This document shows positions 25,601 through 40,600 of a stretch of DNA of 64,000 nt, one piece after another. Every line of letters starts with the position of its first letter. Within the stretch, counting starts at the first letter, position 1. Source of the stretch: Octopus bimaculoides (taxonomy: Eukaryota); NCBI RefSeq assembly GCF_001194135.2, contig NC_068981.1:152895068-152959067 (forward strand). Direction: 5' to 3'. The notes under the pieces were generated by a model. It searched no databases and was not told where the DNA came from. It worked only from the letters and a program-made list of their open reading frames with translations. The position numbers and the translations under genes are program-made.

Positions 25601-28600
25601 GCATGAAGTAGCCCTTGTATATTGTATGCGTTCTCCACATTTTATAACATCAGCCTTTTATGATAATACTTCTGTATGACTTTCTTGTCTTCTATACTGA
25701 TGGTGAGTATGTCTTCATCATCCAAATACATTTCTCATTTTTTGATATCTCAGATTTTTCTCACACATCGTCTTGCAATCTTGAACACCTTATACCTTTG
25801 TTCTTCACATTGCAGGACCTGCACAAATCTCTTCCTTTATATTTCGCTTTAAGCCAAGCATACCTATCCTCTAGCTGTCTCTCAAGCTATTTGATAATGC
25901 TTCCTACTGATGGATGTAAAAATAAACATATAAATATATATATAAAAATACTAACCAGCTACTGACATAAACAATAAGAAACAGAAGCCATGAAATAGGT
26001 AGAAGCTCAAAAAGACTTGGGAAATGATTTTCTTAGACTAGCCAGACTTTATTGTGTTCTCATCAGTTGTGTTTTCCTTTCTTCTACAGGACAAGGATTT
26101 GGATGAAAGTATTGATAAAGATCGGCTGTACCGTATACTAAAAGGACATGGAGAGTATCCTGAGAAATACAGGTTAGAGATTTGGAATATTTGATTGAAG
26201 AGTAATCAAACTTTAGATAAACATTATATATTTATGCAATTTCCTGCTAAATCCAGCAGTGTATATTAGTTTTTGTTTTAGTCAGAAGTGCAGTGCTCAT
26301 AACCTTTGATGGGGTACCTGAGACAAGAAGGAGGAAGTGAAAAAGTTGTCTTCACACCAGAGACTTGGCCTAACTGCTTGTAACAGTGATCTCTATTAAA
26401 GGCATCCAAAAGCAAGGTGGTGACTCTAAATTCAATGATGGATTAAGTCTGCTACTCAGCAACAAGAATGGCTCCTCCAACTGACTTCCACATAGTTTCC
26501 ATCTATCACATTTCACTTATAAAGCTTTGGTTGACTCAAGGCTATGACAGGAGACACCCAAGGTGTCACGATGATAGGATTGAACCTAAAACTACATAGT
26601 TTCAAAAGAACTTCTTAACCTTACAGTCTTAACAGAAATCTAAAATCGAAATTAAACCTTTCTTTGTGTTTTACTATCTATAACAACTCCCTGTATAAAA
26701 TTTGATCTCATTCCCTGATATCTTAAATTAACATTTTAATTTCTACTTTTGATAATGTTCATTAGGTTACAAACTTTTGTCATGTTGTTTTATACAGATT
26801 TTTCATCTGGAGATCATTGTTGAAATTGCCTGAGAACCACACAGCTTATGCTGCTCTTGTTGACAAAGGGAACCACTCATCATTTATCACATTGCAAGAG
26901 TATTATCCAGTCAAGAGTCAAAGACTGTTTAGATTATTGCAGAGGTAATATTCTTGTACCTTTAAACATTTTTGTATTTGAAAAAACATGAACTATTTCA
27001 GTCATCCAGCTAGAGAAAATCTGCCTTAATAAAACTCTAGTTGACCCATGCCAGCATGGAAAAATGGACATTAAAATGATAATGATGATGATGATGATGA
27101 TATATGTGTGTGTGTGTGTGTATGTGTAGGGAGGTTATATTCCACTCGTGTTATAAATGGTATTATATCAAAAACGGTAACTTAGCCATTCAGTGTTTGT
27201 ATTAGTGTGTATAAGTACTGGGGTTGATATGATTGACTAAATCCCTTAAGAACTGTAACCTGTCATGGCTGCTATTTCTATGTCTGAAGCCATTAAAACA
27301 ACTGTGGCTTAAACAAATGTTGATAGTCTTATAAACTCAGTTTTAATTTTAATATCCATTTCCATGACTCTGTTATGGTTTTCTACACAACTTCTAAATT
27401 TTTCATTCTTCCTATGTTTATCAATTTTCATTTTGTAATGTATATTTTAAAACAGAAGAAAAGCTTACAAAACAAACCTTGTCATAAAGTAAGGTGTTTT
27501 TATTCTACAGTTATATACATTGAACCTCCAAGCTGACCTTCTGTTCATGTGGATTGTAAACAATACCACTACAGCCCAATTTGTGTCAATGTCAAGACAA
27601 ACATATACACAAATGCACACACACACACACATGCATGCAACAACTTCCTTTATAGTTTCCATCTACTAAGTTTCGCTCACAAAACACTGGTAAATCCAGG
27701 GTTATAGTCAAAATGAAGGCAAATAGCCTAGTGGTTTGGGTATTCATCTTATGATCCTAAAGTCATGAGTTTGATTCCAAGTGGTACATTTTGTTCTTCA
27801 GCAAGACACTTTATTTTACATTGCTCCTGTTCACTCAGTTGGCAAAAATGAGTAGTACCTGTATTTCAAAGGGCCAGCCTTGTCACATTGTGTCATGCTG
27901 AATTTCCCTGAGAACTACTTGAAGGGTACACATGTTTGTGGAGTGCTCAGCCAGTTGCACGTTAATTTAATGAGTTGGCTGTTCCATTGATCGGATCAGC
28001 TGGAACCCTTGTCACCATAACCAACAGACTGCCAGTTATAGTTGAAGACATTTGTGTAAGTGCCACATTGTGGTTAAGTAGTGAATGTCTTATCCACACA
28101 TCCATGCCTAGGTCTACATTTGAGCTTTAAAATCTAATTTATGCCAATGCTAATGAATTGGCTATAGTGTAACTTTTGTTTCTTTGTAGGGTTCTGTCAG
28201 CTTTAGCTCATTGGTCTCCAATTTTAGCTGAAACCAAATATTTACCTGCTCTGGTGTTTCCATTCCTAAAAGTGTTTCACCAAAATCATTTATGTTGTTT
28301 TGAGATAGTTGCCACCTTCATCAGTAAGTTAATACTTTTCTCTGATAATCTTTGTTAAATAATTATTTCTTTATTTCCAAAAACTGTTTATAATGAAACC
28401 ATCATATGATTGTATTGATTGTAATAACTAATTCTTTACTTTAAGGTTTTACACCTTGACAGTAGACTTAACCAGACATCCTGTCAATAGGTGAGGGTTC
28501 TCTCTGTAGCAAAAGACTGCATAAATTATTGAAGCCAAGGTTAAGATATTTATAATATTGATTTATTTCATTAATATATCCATTGTTTTTCTGCCATTTT

Positions 28601-31600
28601 ATCAGGAGCCTTTTATGGAATCCACAATATTTGAAGCATTCTGACCTCTCTGCTCTGAAGTTAGCTTCTTCCTGTTGGTCTTGGAGGCCCTAAAAAGGGT
28701 CATGGATATTACCTTTTATCCTCTAATTAAGACATAAAAAAAGAAAAATACTAAAACAAGTCACTTACAGAGAGACTTAAGCTAAGCACTAGACAAAATG
28801 TTTTACAGCAATTATTTTAAACTTTTCAATTCCGTATTCAAGTTCCCTGGGACTAACTTTGACTTTCATCTGTTTGGCTTTGATAAAATAAATACCAATA
28901 ATGCATTATTGACATCCATTCAATTTCTATTATAATATTATATAAAAAAAAATATTTTAAAAAGCTGTAAGAAATTGTACAACAAAATAAATCAATAATT
29001 ATAGAATTAGTAACTTTAAAATTACTTTAAGATATTCAAGTGTGATTTGAAGAAGCATTGGCTTCTATTTCTAGCAAATCGAAGAACCACGAACCACAGA
29101 GCCACGCACACACACACACCTGCTACCGCCACATTCTCTTTTCTGTGTATTTTACGTTTGCAGAACAAAGTTTAAAATTAATGTAATTTCCTTAAGAATA
29201 ATATTTATTGTTATTAATTTCTTTATTTTCAAGTTAACTGGTGTGCTCATTGGTTTGAATATTTCCCTAATCCTCCAATTAATATTCTTGGAATGATTGA
29301 GAACGTCCTTTCACGTCATGATCCCACTCTCTTGAGGCATCTGATTAAATACAAAGTCACATCTCAGGTATATATATATATATATATCATCATTATCATT
29401 TACATCTGTGTGTGTGTGTGCGCGCACACGCTTATGTATGTATATCAGTTGTCAGTTTCCCCTTGTATTGCATTTAATAATTAATTTCTGTATACACACT
29501 GTCAGTTTTCCAAACTATACATTCGATGTTGAATATTACACTTGTGGGTTGCCTACATGCACACCACCAACTCACCTTTCCCTCACTGCCTTTAACAAAG
29601 TCCACTCTGTTACAACAAATAATCAAATCTGGGTCTGAGAATAGCCCAGTATTTTGCTATATTACTTCCTACTGCAGCAAACCATGAATTACAGCTTCCT
29701 CTGACCAGTCTTGAAAGCTCTTTGGAAAAGTCATGATCTCTGCTCCTACCTCTCTGACTTAACCCATAAATTACAGTACCCTACTTTTATGCTTTTATTT
29801 ACAAAAAGCCTTCTAGAATGTAGCATATGTAACTGAGGTAGTATTAAATTAAAATAGCCATCTACAGCCGTAGCCAAAAGTTTGGAACATTTCAAAAAAA
29901 ATTAAAATTGTTATGCCCAAATACAATTCAATTCGAATACATACAATGTAGAGATATACTTACCTAATAATTGATCCAATGGTTCAATATCTAGAAGAAA
30001 AAATTTTCAGACGCAGGAGTGGCTGTGTGGTAAGTAGCTTGCTTACCAATCACATGTTTGCGGGTTCAGTCCCACTGCGTGGCACTTTGGGCAAGTGTCT
30101 TCTACTATAGCCTTGGGCCGGCCAAAACCTTGTGAGTGGATTTGGTAGATGGAAACTGAAAGAAGCCCATCATATATATGCATATACATATATATNNNNN
30201 NNNNNNNNNNNNNNNNNNNNNNNNNNNNNNNNNNNNNNNNNNNNNNNNNNNNNNNNNNNNNNNNNNNNNNNNNNNTATATATATATATATATGTGTGTTT
30301 GTGTGTCTGTGTTTGTCCCCCCACCATCGCTTGACAACCGATGCTGGTGTGTTTACGTCCCCGTAACTTAGCGGTTCAGCAAAAGAGACCATTGTTCCAA
30401 ACTTTTGGCCACAAGTGTATGTTTCCTACTTAATGTATATACATCACTGCTAGGCCAGTTACATATCTTATGGACATGCTGTGTTAAAAAATGTAATACA
30501 TATTGGATGGAGGAGAAAAATCATCCTAATATCGCCAGTGAGAACACTAGATGCATTTCAACCTTTTTGAACCTTTGCAATGATGCATACTCACAGCCAA
30601 CGATGTGCGCAGTGGAGAATTCATCACCTCTGATATATGAAACAATGAATAAAATATACACTTATGTTGCCTGGTTGAGAATTCATTGCCCACATCAGTG
30701 TGAAGTGTTATCTCAGGACAAATTTTGAAATAACAGGCTTATCAATAAAGTACATATATTATGATATTATCTTTTATTTTTTTATGTTTTACTTCTTTCA
30801 TTCATTGGACTGTGGCCATGCTGGGGCACTGCACTACATATCAACCCCAACACTTATTTTTTTTTAAAGTCTGGTGCTTATTTTATTGGTCTATTTTGCT
30901 GAACCACTAAATTATGTAGGCATAAACAAACCAATACTGTCTGTTAAGCAGTGGTGGGAGACAAACACAATGACACATACATGCATATGTATACACACAC
31001 ACACATACACACACAAACAACAGGCTATGGGCTTCTTTCAGTTTTCATCTACCAAATTCACTCACAAGGTTTTGGTCAGCTTGGGGCTATAGCAGAAGAT
31101 ATTTGCCCAAGGTGCCACATAGTGGAACTGAACCTAGAACTATGTTACTGGGAAGCAAACTTCTAATCCCGTGGCCTCTCTTGCACCTATTGATGGCCAT
31201 TCTTGAAAAAAAATTTTGCAACAAATCAGGGATACAAAAAAATGTACAGAACACTATAATAACAGGATGAGGTGTGTAGTTAAGAAGTTAACATTACAAC
31301 CATATGGTTTCAGGGGGTTCAATCCCTTTGTATGGCATCATGAATGTGTTTTACTAAAGCCTTGGGATGACCAATACCTTGCGAGTGAAACTAGTGGACA
31401 GGAACTGTGCAGAAGACCATCACATGTGTTCATATGTATTTGTGTTTCTGTCACTGCTTGAAAAACACTGTGTTTTTGCTCCATGACCTAGCAGTTCAAC
31501 AAATAGTGGATGATAAGTACCAGGTTTATGAATAAGAGCTGGTTGAATAAAATCCTTCTTAGCATTGCTCCAGTATGACCACTGTCCAATGACTGAAATA

Positions 31601-34600
31601 AGTAAAGGAATAAAATGAAGACTATTTTATTTTTATTTTTTCATTTCCTCTGTGTTTATGTTGTCATTTCTTTTTTTTATTTATTGAAATTTAAATCGTA
31701 TTAGATGTTTTCAAATTAGCTTCCAGAACTAAAACTGTGTGGCTAAAATGACATGTAAGTTTCTATGGCAACAAAATATGTAAACCAACCAATATTATAA
31801 CATTTGTAACTAATGCTATGAATCCCAACATATTGAGTGATCAGTTGTAAGAAGGCCTTTTTTTTTGCTTTTGCATGAGTTATCTATCCTATTTAAAATG
31901 AGACATTTTTGCTGTCCCAACATCATGTTATCTAAGCAGTTAATATATTCATTATTTGTTAAGTCTAGAGAAGAGTGCTCAGATAAATTTTTAGGCTTCA
32001 TTAACGAGGAGGGGAGATAACTGACTGAAGTTAGCTTTTTTTATTATTGTTACTATATTATAGCTATAAGGAAAAGATGGACTAAAAAGGAGATCTAAAA
32101 GAGAGCAGTTATTGGGAGAAAATGGGATCATCATCGTCATTTGTCGTCTGTTTTCCATACAGGCATTGGTCGGACGATTTGAGAGGAGCTGTCCAGCTGG
32201 AAGGCTGCATCTGGCTCCAATTGTTTGTTTTAGCATGGTTTCTGTGGCTGGATGCCCTTCCTAATGCCAGCCACTTTACAGAGTGGACTGGATGCTCTTT
32301 ATGTGGAACCAGTATGGGTGTTTTATACATGGCACCAGCACTGGTGCTTTATATATGGAACTGACACATGTGCTTTTTACTTGGCACTGGCATAAAAGTT
32401 TAATTTAAGATTAGGAATATAAGAGTAGATGAGGTTGATAAATGCACTAACAAATATACAGAAATGAAGTATGTGTGTGTTGGGTCTTGAATAAGGGTAA
32501 AGGGTAAAGACCCCCTTCAGTCATGAATGGCCATGAAATTGCAGCAAGGTTGTTTATGGAAGACCAGCAATTGCCCATGCATACCAACCTCCCTCTCCAC
32601 ATCACTGATCTTATCCAAGGGAAAGACAAAGGCAGAGAGAAAGACAACTTGGCACCAGTGATATTGCAATTCATTTCTACAGCTGAGTGAACTGGAGCAA
32701 CATGAAATAAAGCATCTTGCTTAAGACACAACACACAGCCTGGTCCAGGAAGCGAACTCACTACCTCATAATCAAGCCCAATGCTCTAACCACTGAGTCA
32801 TGCGTCTTGGATACTTTTGATATATTTAAAAGTCAAACAAAAAACTTGATTTTCTTTAATAGAATAGACAGAAGATGACAGCTGATAAATATCTGTCAGA
32901 CATTATTGACAATTGGCTTTCTTATTAAGTTCAGTTAATATTATACTACTCGCTTAAGATTCCTTAACTGCTTACAAGGGACACAAGATGGCAAATCTTT
33001 ACCAATATCCTTTCTACAATTTAAATATCGAAGATAGAGTGATAATAAAGAAAATGTATAAATTTGTACTTATTTTGTGTGTATGTATGTGTGAGTGCCT
33101 GTATGTATTTGTGCATATCATTACTACTGTTTTAACATCCACTTTTCCATGCCTGCATGGATTGGACAGAATTTGTTGATGCAAATTTTCTATGATCAGA
33201 TGCCTGTCCTGTTGCCAGCCCTCACCTATTTCCATGGGAGATTCAAAATGAAGCATACCACTTGTATGACAATGACAGTCCTTTACAATTATCACACAAT
33301 ATCAAGACAAGGAGACACTAACACACACAAACACACATAACCGACTTCTTTTCAGTTTTCTTCTACCAGATCAACTCACAAGGCTCAGGGTCATAGCAGA
33401 AAACACATGCCCAAGTTGCCATGCTGTAGGATTGAACCTTAAACCATGGATTGGGAAGTGAACTTCTTAACCACACAGCCACAGCTGTATATACACATAT
33501 AAATATATATATCACATCACAGTATTGACCATACCATCAGATACTGCTATACACTGCTGATCACAATGCGCTTCCAATTCTGTCTTGATTGCATCATTCT
33601 TTTCCATCTTGACCCAAAGTTTTGAACCAAACCATCTTCCCATTGTCGCGGAGGCCTTCCAAGTGACCTTTTCCAATTTCTTAAATACCACTTGGCAACT
33701 GCATGAGTCCACATGTCTGTGAACCTTGCAACATGTTCAGCCCAGCAGAATTTGTGCTTTCAATGCTCTGTGATCACATCATTCGTTCCTCTCCATTCTC
33801 AAATTAACTCATTTCAAATGTGCTCTCTTAATGATATTATATATGATATATATTTATATGTATCTGCCAATGTATATTCTTTCTTTAGTTTTTTAGTTTG
33901 TTTTGGCCATCACAGCTCAAAACAATGCTGAAGCATCATCTTTTTTTTAATATAAATCTTCTATTCTTATATCCATAGATTTATGCTTGGCCACTTTTAG
34001 AAAGTTTGTTCACTGAAGTTTTAACCAAGAATGAATGGTTACGTCTTTGGGATCATGTTTTCAGCAACCATCCTGCATTTTTGTTAATGGTTGTCGTAGC
34101 TTATGTCATCGGTGCTAGAGCTGCTTTGCTGAAGTGTGTCGAACTTGATGACTTCAAGGTAAATATTTAATGTATATTTTCACCATGCCACAATTGGAAT
34201 AATAAACTAATGGTATTTTATATGTTTGCATGGAAGCACATGGCTTAGCGGTTAGGGTGTTGGGCTCCTGATTGTTAGATTATGGTTTCAATTCCTGGAC
34301 CAGATGATGCATTATGTTCTTGAGCATAACACTTCATTTCACACTGTGCCAGTCTACTCAGCTGGTAAAAATTGAATAATCCTGCAATGGACTGGTATCC
34401 TATCCAGGGAGGAATGTATACACCAGAGAAGCAAGGAAACCTTACAGAGTAATGTGGACTAGCCATTTTGTATGTTTGTGTTTATAATGAACTGATATCC
34501 TGTATGTTTGTGTGCATGGTGAACTGATATCCTGTTGATACCTTCATATGAAGTTCTATTTTAGTTTTTCTTCAGCCAACAAAATGCTGTCAACATTGGA

Positions 34601-37600
34601 AATGTGATTAAAGAAACTTATCGTTTAATATCATCAACACCTGATGAGGTTAACCCATTGAAGTTAATGAATGATTTTGTTCCTTTGACAAAAGGTCAAT
34701 ATCCTGTGTTTAATAAGTACCCCAAGTTTATTGTTGATTATCAGGTGAGTTATAATACTTGTATCTTATGAAATTTTCCTTTTAATTTAAGCACATTATA
34801 AAAATTAAAGTAAATTTGCATATAAATTGAGCCTTTGATTATTAAACTTGAATTCACTTGTCAAAAACTTCAGTGTATAGGTGCAGGCTTGGCTGTGTGG
34901 TAAGAAACTCACTTCTCAACCACATGGTTCCAGGTTCAGTCCCACCACAAGGAACCTTGGACAAGTGTCTTCAACTATAGCCTCAGGCCAACTGAAGCTT
35001 TGTGAATGGATTTGGTAAGCAGAAACTGAAAGAAGCCCATTATATATATATGGGAGAGGGTGCTTTGTGTCTGTCTTTGTCCCCTACCGCTGCTTGATAA
35101 CTGGTGTTGGTGTATTCATATCCCCATAACTTAGCTATTTGACTAAAGAGACCAATAGAATAAGTACCAGGTTTAAAAAAAAAACACAAAGTACTGGGAT
35201 CGATTCATTCAGCTAAAAATTCTTCCAGACAGTGCCCTTGCATGGTTACAGTCCTATGATTGAAAGAAGTAAAAGATAAATTTCAATCTTCAGCTGATCT
35301 AATATATTCTTTTCTACTCTAGGCACAAGGCCCAAAGTATTTAGGGAAGGTGCCAGTTGATTAGATCAACCCCAGTATGTACCTGGTACTTAATTTATCG
35401 ACCCCAAAAGGATCAAAGGCAAAGTCGACCTCAGCGGAATTTGAACTCAGAATATAAAGACAGACAAAATACTGCCAAGCATTTCACCTGGTGTGCTAAC
35501 GTTTCTGCCAGCTCGCTCCCTTGCTGATCTAATATGTTGAATACTAATATGGCAACCTTTTTCATGGCCATAACTCTAATGAAATACATTTCCTATGTTT
35601 CAAGTAATTTCTGGAAATTATTAGGAATTTGGAGATGTTTTGTAAAATAACTAACTTTTTTGTTTATTAATGTATTAAGCTGGCGTTTGAAATATAACAT
35701 TCAATTACTTGTGTAAAATGATGATGTAGAGTTTAATTTAAATATTGAATGGTTTAAAACAGGGATGTTTGTATCAAAGAATAAGCAATAGTCTTGAGTT
35801 AGCTGGTAGTAAAAATTTTTAATAAAACTTTTACTTAAGATGAAAACCGTGTTAAAGGATTAAACAAAGTTTATATCATTATTAAAGCTATTAAAATTTT
35901 TCTTAAGTCAAACATTAAAGCTTTCTGTGACCATATTTCTCATGAAATACAATTATTAAATAATTTGTTACATTCATTCAATAAATAAGAACTTGGAGTA
36001 GGTCAATAAAAAAAAAGACATTTTTAAGCTGGTTTTTGTGATAAAACTTAAATGATTTATGTATAAAATTATGGTAGAAGGATTGTGACAGAAAAGATAT
36101 CTGAATTTAAACAACTGCCATAAGTATTGTATAGCCTAGTGGTTCCCAAAGTGGGTGGTATTGATCTCCTGGGGGCAGTGGAAAGTTCCAAGGGGGCATT
36201 GGAGAAAAGTGGGGCAATAATGGGGAAGCGATTTATGTAAAAATTGGGGTGATAATGGGGTAGCGATTCATGTAAAAACAACAAAACAATGGGCTCATTT
36301 GATTAAGTTTTATTTGTGAAATACAGTTGCTTTGAATTTGCTTCAGAAAGAGGTCTATGCTTGTGATGGTTAGTTGGGGTGTGGGTGCTAGAAATGTGAT
36401 CTGAGTGTCAAGGGGGTAGTATCCCAAAAAAGTTTGAGGACCACTAGTCTAGCCCATACCAGCAAGGAAAAACGGGACATGAAATGGTGATGATTCATAT
36501 TTTTCCCCTCATTTAGCTGCAAATACTTTCATAGAGAAATTAATTTGCAAATGTATTTTAGTTAAGATTTTTGCTAAAATAATAGACACAATAGTTGGAT
36601 GTTTAATGTGCTGGGCCCAAAGATCATGAATTTAACCCTTTAGCATTCAGGTTACTCTGTCAAATGTATTGTTTATTTATTCACATCATTTTGAACTAAT
36701 CATGCATTTTCTTGAAGCTTCAAGATTTCAATGGCATGTTTGTATATTTTTAGAGTAGCATTGTAGGGTAAGTGTGAGAGGCTGGATCTAGTTAGTTTTA
36801 ACATAAAACAGGTAGAATATTTAGGCCAGATATGACCAGATTAAATGCTAAATGGTTGAACTGTTGCCTAATAGAGTTTCTCTTATTTTTTCAGTCATAT
36901 ACGAGTTGTCTTTGATACAGAAATTACCCAGCTGTAAAATCCTTGTTTATTCTGGAATAGAAAAAAATATCATTGTAGAATGATCAAATTTTAAAATATC
37001 TTTACATTAATTTTCCATTTGGATAAATTTATTGACCTTTTTTTAATGAATTTATTTATTGCCTTCCAGAAAAAAGAACGTGAAAAAATACAGCAACAAG
37101 AATTAGAGTATTTACGACAAAGGTTAGATGTTTTACTAAATCCCTTACATTCAGGACCAAACTCTTTTTGCATGTGTAGTGTTAGTATTGGTTGATTATT
37201 GTCCCCTCTTCCATGTCTTTTTGATTTGCATTTGTTTTGATGATGATTGACAGAACATGATGATTGACATAACATATCTTATTAACTGTAGGATTTAATG
37301 TAGCATTGTTTCATCATTATGTCTCTCAAAGTTAATAATCTCTGGGATCCCTGCTGCTCACAAGAATACTGTAACCATTAGGGTTTTACACCCTCATCCA
37401 CTCCTCAAATACAAGCAGCGCTAAGAAGATTCATTCAGGATTCTCAGCCAATTGTCTCTTGTTTGAATAAGACTAGGAGATAGCCATCACCAGTATTTGA
37501 CTGGAACTTCATTTAGAATTGTAAAAATAGAGAAAGAAAAGTTATGTCCAGCCCATTCCAGCATGGAGCATGGACATTAAATAACAATAATGATGATGAT

Positions 37601-40600
37601 GATTTCTAGTTGAATTTTCTCAAACATGACAGAAATGTTAACGTTTATATGTTGTAATTCACTGAACATCTAAAATTTCTGAGATTTGGGAATTTAGCTG
37701 TTAGTTGATCAAATCACTTAGAGCAAGCATGATTGATCAGAACCATTTTTTGCTTCTTAAAAAAACTTGCAATTAAAGTTTTTCTCTCTGATGCAGGACA
37801 AATATTCAAAATGTTGAAATTTTCACTCTTCATAAATGAGCCATCAAAAGCACAAGTATGCAAATTAAGCTATCCACTATGGTGCTAGCCTAATTTGCAA
37901 TTACTTTATATTAGTTGAATATTCTGTACTGTTGACTGGAGAGGGAAACTGGGTGCATCTCTGGGGAGCAGTCAACGGACCATGAAATGGTCCATCAGGA
38001 GACTCACATCCCTTTTTTTCTGCATATCAAAAGCATAGATAGAATCTGTTTACATACTTATTATAAAGCTGGCTTTATAATACTTAAATTTAACTCATTT
38101 TAATTGTCTTTTTTATTTACAAACTTTTAATATATTACTATTGTATGTCAGGAGAAAGAAGCTATTTAATAAATTACTAGTTCTATTAAAATTGTAGTTA
38201 CATCTGTTCTTTTGCTTTATATTTGTTGATATCAGTCTAACTATGCTGGAATAGTTATTTTATCTATGTATTTTGTCTATATGTTCATAGATAATCAGAT
38301 GCAAGTTTCAAATATCTCAAGCATGCTTGAAACAGTTGGTAAAATTATTTTTAAATAGGTGTTCTAGACCAAGATTGTTTAAGTTTTTGTCTACTCACCA
38401 AGCATATAGTCATATAATCTTTCTCTGAATGCAAATCATACATAGCTAAATATGGAACAATTTTTTTTTTTTTTTTTTTAATTGAAAATGATATTTACTA
38501 ACTTATTCAGACAACTGTCTCTGGAACTCCATAAAGCAACACTACATAGACAACAAGAAGAAGAAGCTTGGTTCCGACAACAAAAACTGTTATTGGAGGC
38601 TGAAGATAAACGACGGAAAATCATGAAAGAGGAAGAGGGAAAACTTGCAGAACGACGAAGGCAGTAAGTTTTATGTCCAGTTACTGTAAATTCATAATGT
38701 CAGAAGTTGTTGTTTAACCCCAAGTAAACCATGTCTGAGGAGAGGAGATCTATGATCAAAGGCATTCCAGTTGTAACTACTCCATCTGTTGATTATGTCT
38801 AGAATTACACTCTCCAATGTGATGGTGCTGTTTCTTGTTGGAGGAGAGACTACTTAGAGTCACTGTCATTAGCTTAGGCAACTATGTATTTGGTGAAAAC
38901 AGTAAAATATCAGACAAGAAAGTTTTTAATTTGCTGTCATATTTCTACAGTTAAACTCTATTAAGGTAACTTTATCTTTTATTCTTCCTCCATAAATAAA
39001 ATACATTTTAGTTTAGTATTAAGATTAGTTCCATTATTGGGCCTTAGGAAAAGAAATCATTATTTTACTGCAAGGAAAATAGCATTTCTGTCCATTGATG
39101 TGGGTTCAACCTGTTTTCGTATTCATGCATGTTGACGTGATCAAGATGTTTTCCTAACTTGCAATTCATTCTTCTAAACACTTGTTGTACTTGGTTTGTC
39201 TGACACATCACTTCTTGAGTGTTCATAAACATTTTAGCAGAATGTTGATAATAATGAAGTTTTACTTAGCTAATTTATAAATTATTGTGTTGATTATTTT
39301 TAGAAACTCATTCAGTTATTTAAAGACGATTCTTGCTTCTTTAGTGTTTCCATTTTATTCATATGAAGTACAACTGAAGTGATAATATTTATATTATATT
39401 TTGATTACTTATATAATGGATATAAAACTTAGAGAAAATCTCATTGCAATTTATAAGGTTACAGACAATGAATAAAGAAGCAAAAGTTAAACAACTGAAC
39501 CTTCTGGATGATGTCCGACACAAATTCCTCAGTTTACTTCGGAAACAGCATGAAATTGAACTCCATCGCTTGAACGATCAGGTTTCTAGTCAGGTTGGTA
39601 TCTGCTAAATGTCTTCACTTATCCTCATTACTACCTTTATCATTTTCATGGCCAGATTTTCAATATCTCATGAGTTCTGCAATGCAGTAACTCTTTATGC
39701 AATTTAATTTTATGTCATCTCATCCCACTGTTCTGAAATTTAACATACCTTTATTCTTTTATGAATTTTCACAACAACAAAAACTAGTACTGTCTACTAG
39801 GTACTTATGATACATCTTCACCCAGCATAATCACTTTGGGGATGCTTGTCCATGATGATGCCATATAAAAAGCACTAGTGATGGATCTACATAGAAAGTA
39901 CTGATGATGGTGCCTTGTAAAAAGCACTGGTGCCACATAAAAAGCACCCAGTACCACTCTGTATAGTGGTTAGCATTAGGAAGGGCATCCAGCTGTAGAA
40001 ACTAAGCTAAAACAGATTATGGAACCTGATGCTGGTTTCTAGCCTTGTCAGCTACTGTCAAACTATCCAACCCATGCCAGCATGGAAAATGGATGTTAAA
40101 TCATGATGATCATGATGATGATGACGATTATATCTTTACCAACAGAGTTTTCTCTGTTGCAATCATTTTGATGCTCATTTAGTCTTCTCGACTCACTTCT
40201 GTTGAGCTTTTCTCACCTGTTATGATTATACCTCTAACAAACCGTGTTCAGCTTGTAACTTTTAAATAACTGCATATAATCCCTAGGCAACCTTTTTCAG
40301 GCAGCAGGCTGCAAGAGACAGGACTCATCATCAAGCAGGCTGCACTACTAAAAAAATTTATGGTAATTTTTCATTGGCATGCCATTCAGAAAATCTCATG
40401 GGTTGCAGTTTGCCTATGACTGACTTATATTCACTGTTTCTGTTCCTTTGACATACAATATCACATTGCTTGTACAATGGTGATACTTTTTCAACTATGA
40501 CATGTTGTCAAGATAAGGGCACACATACACACACATGCACACACAGGCATGCACGCACACACATGCACACACACACACCAGACTTCTTTCAGTTTCTGTC

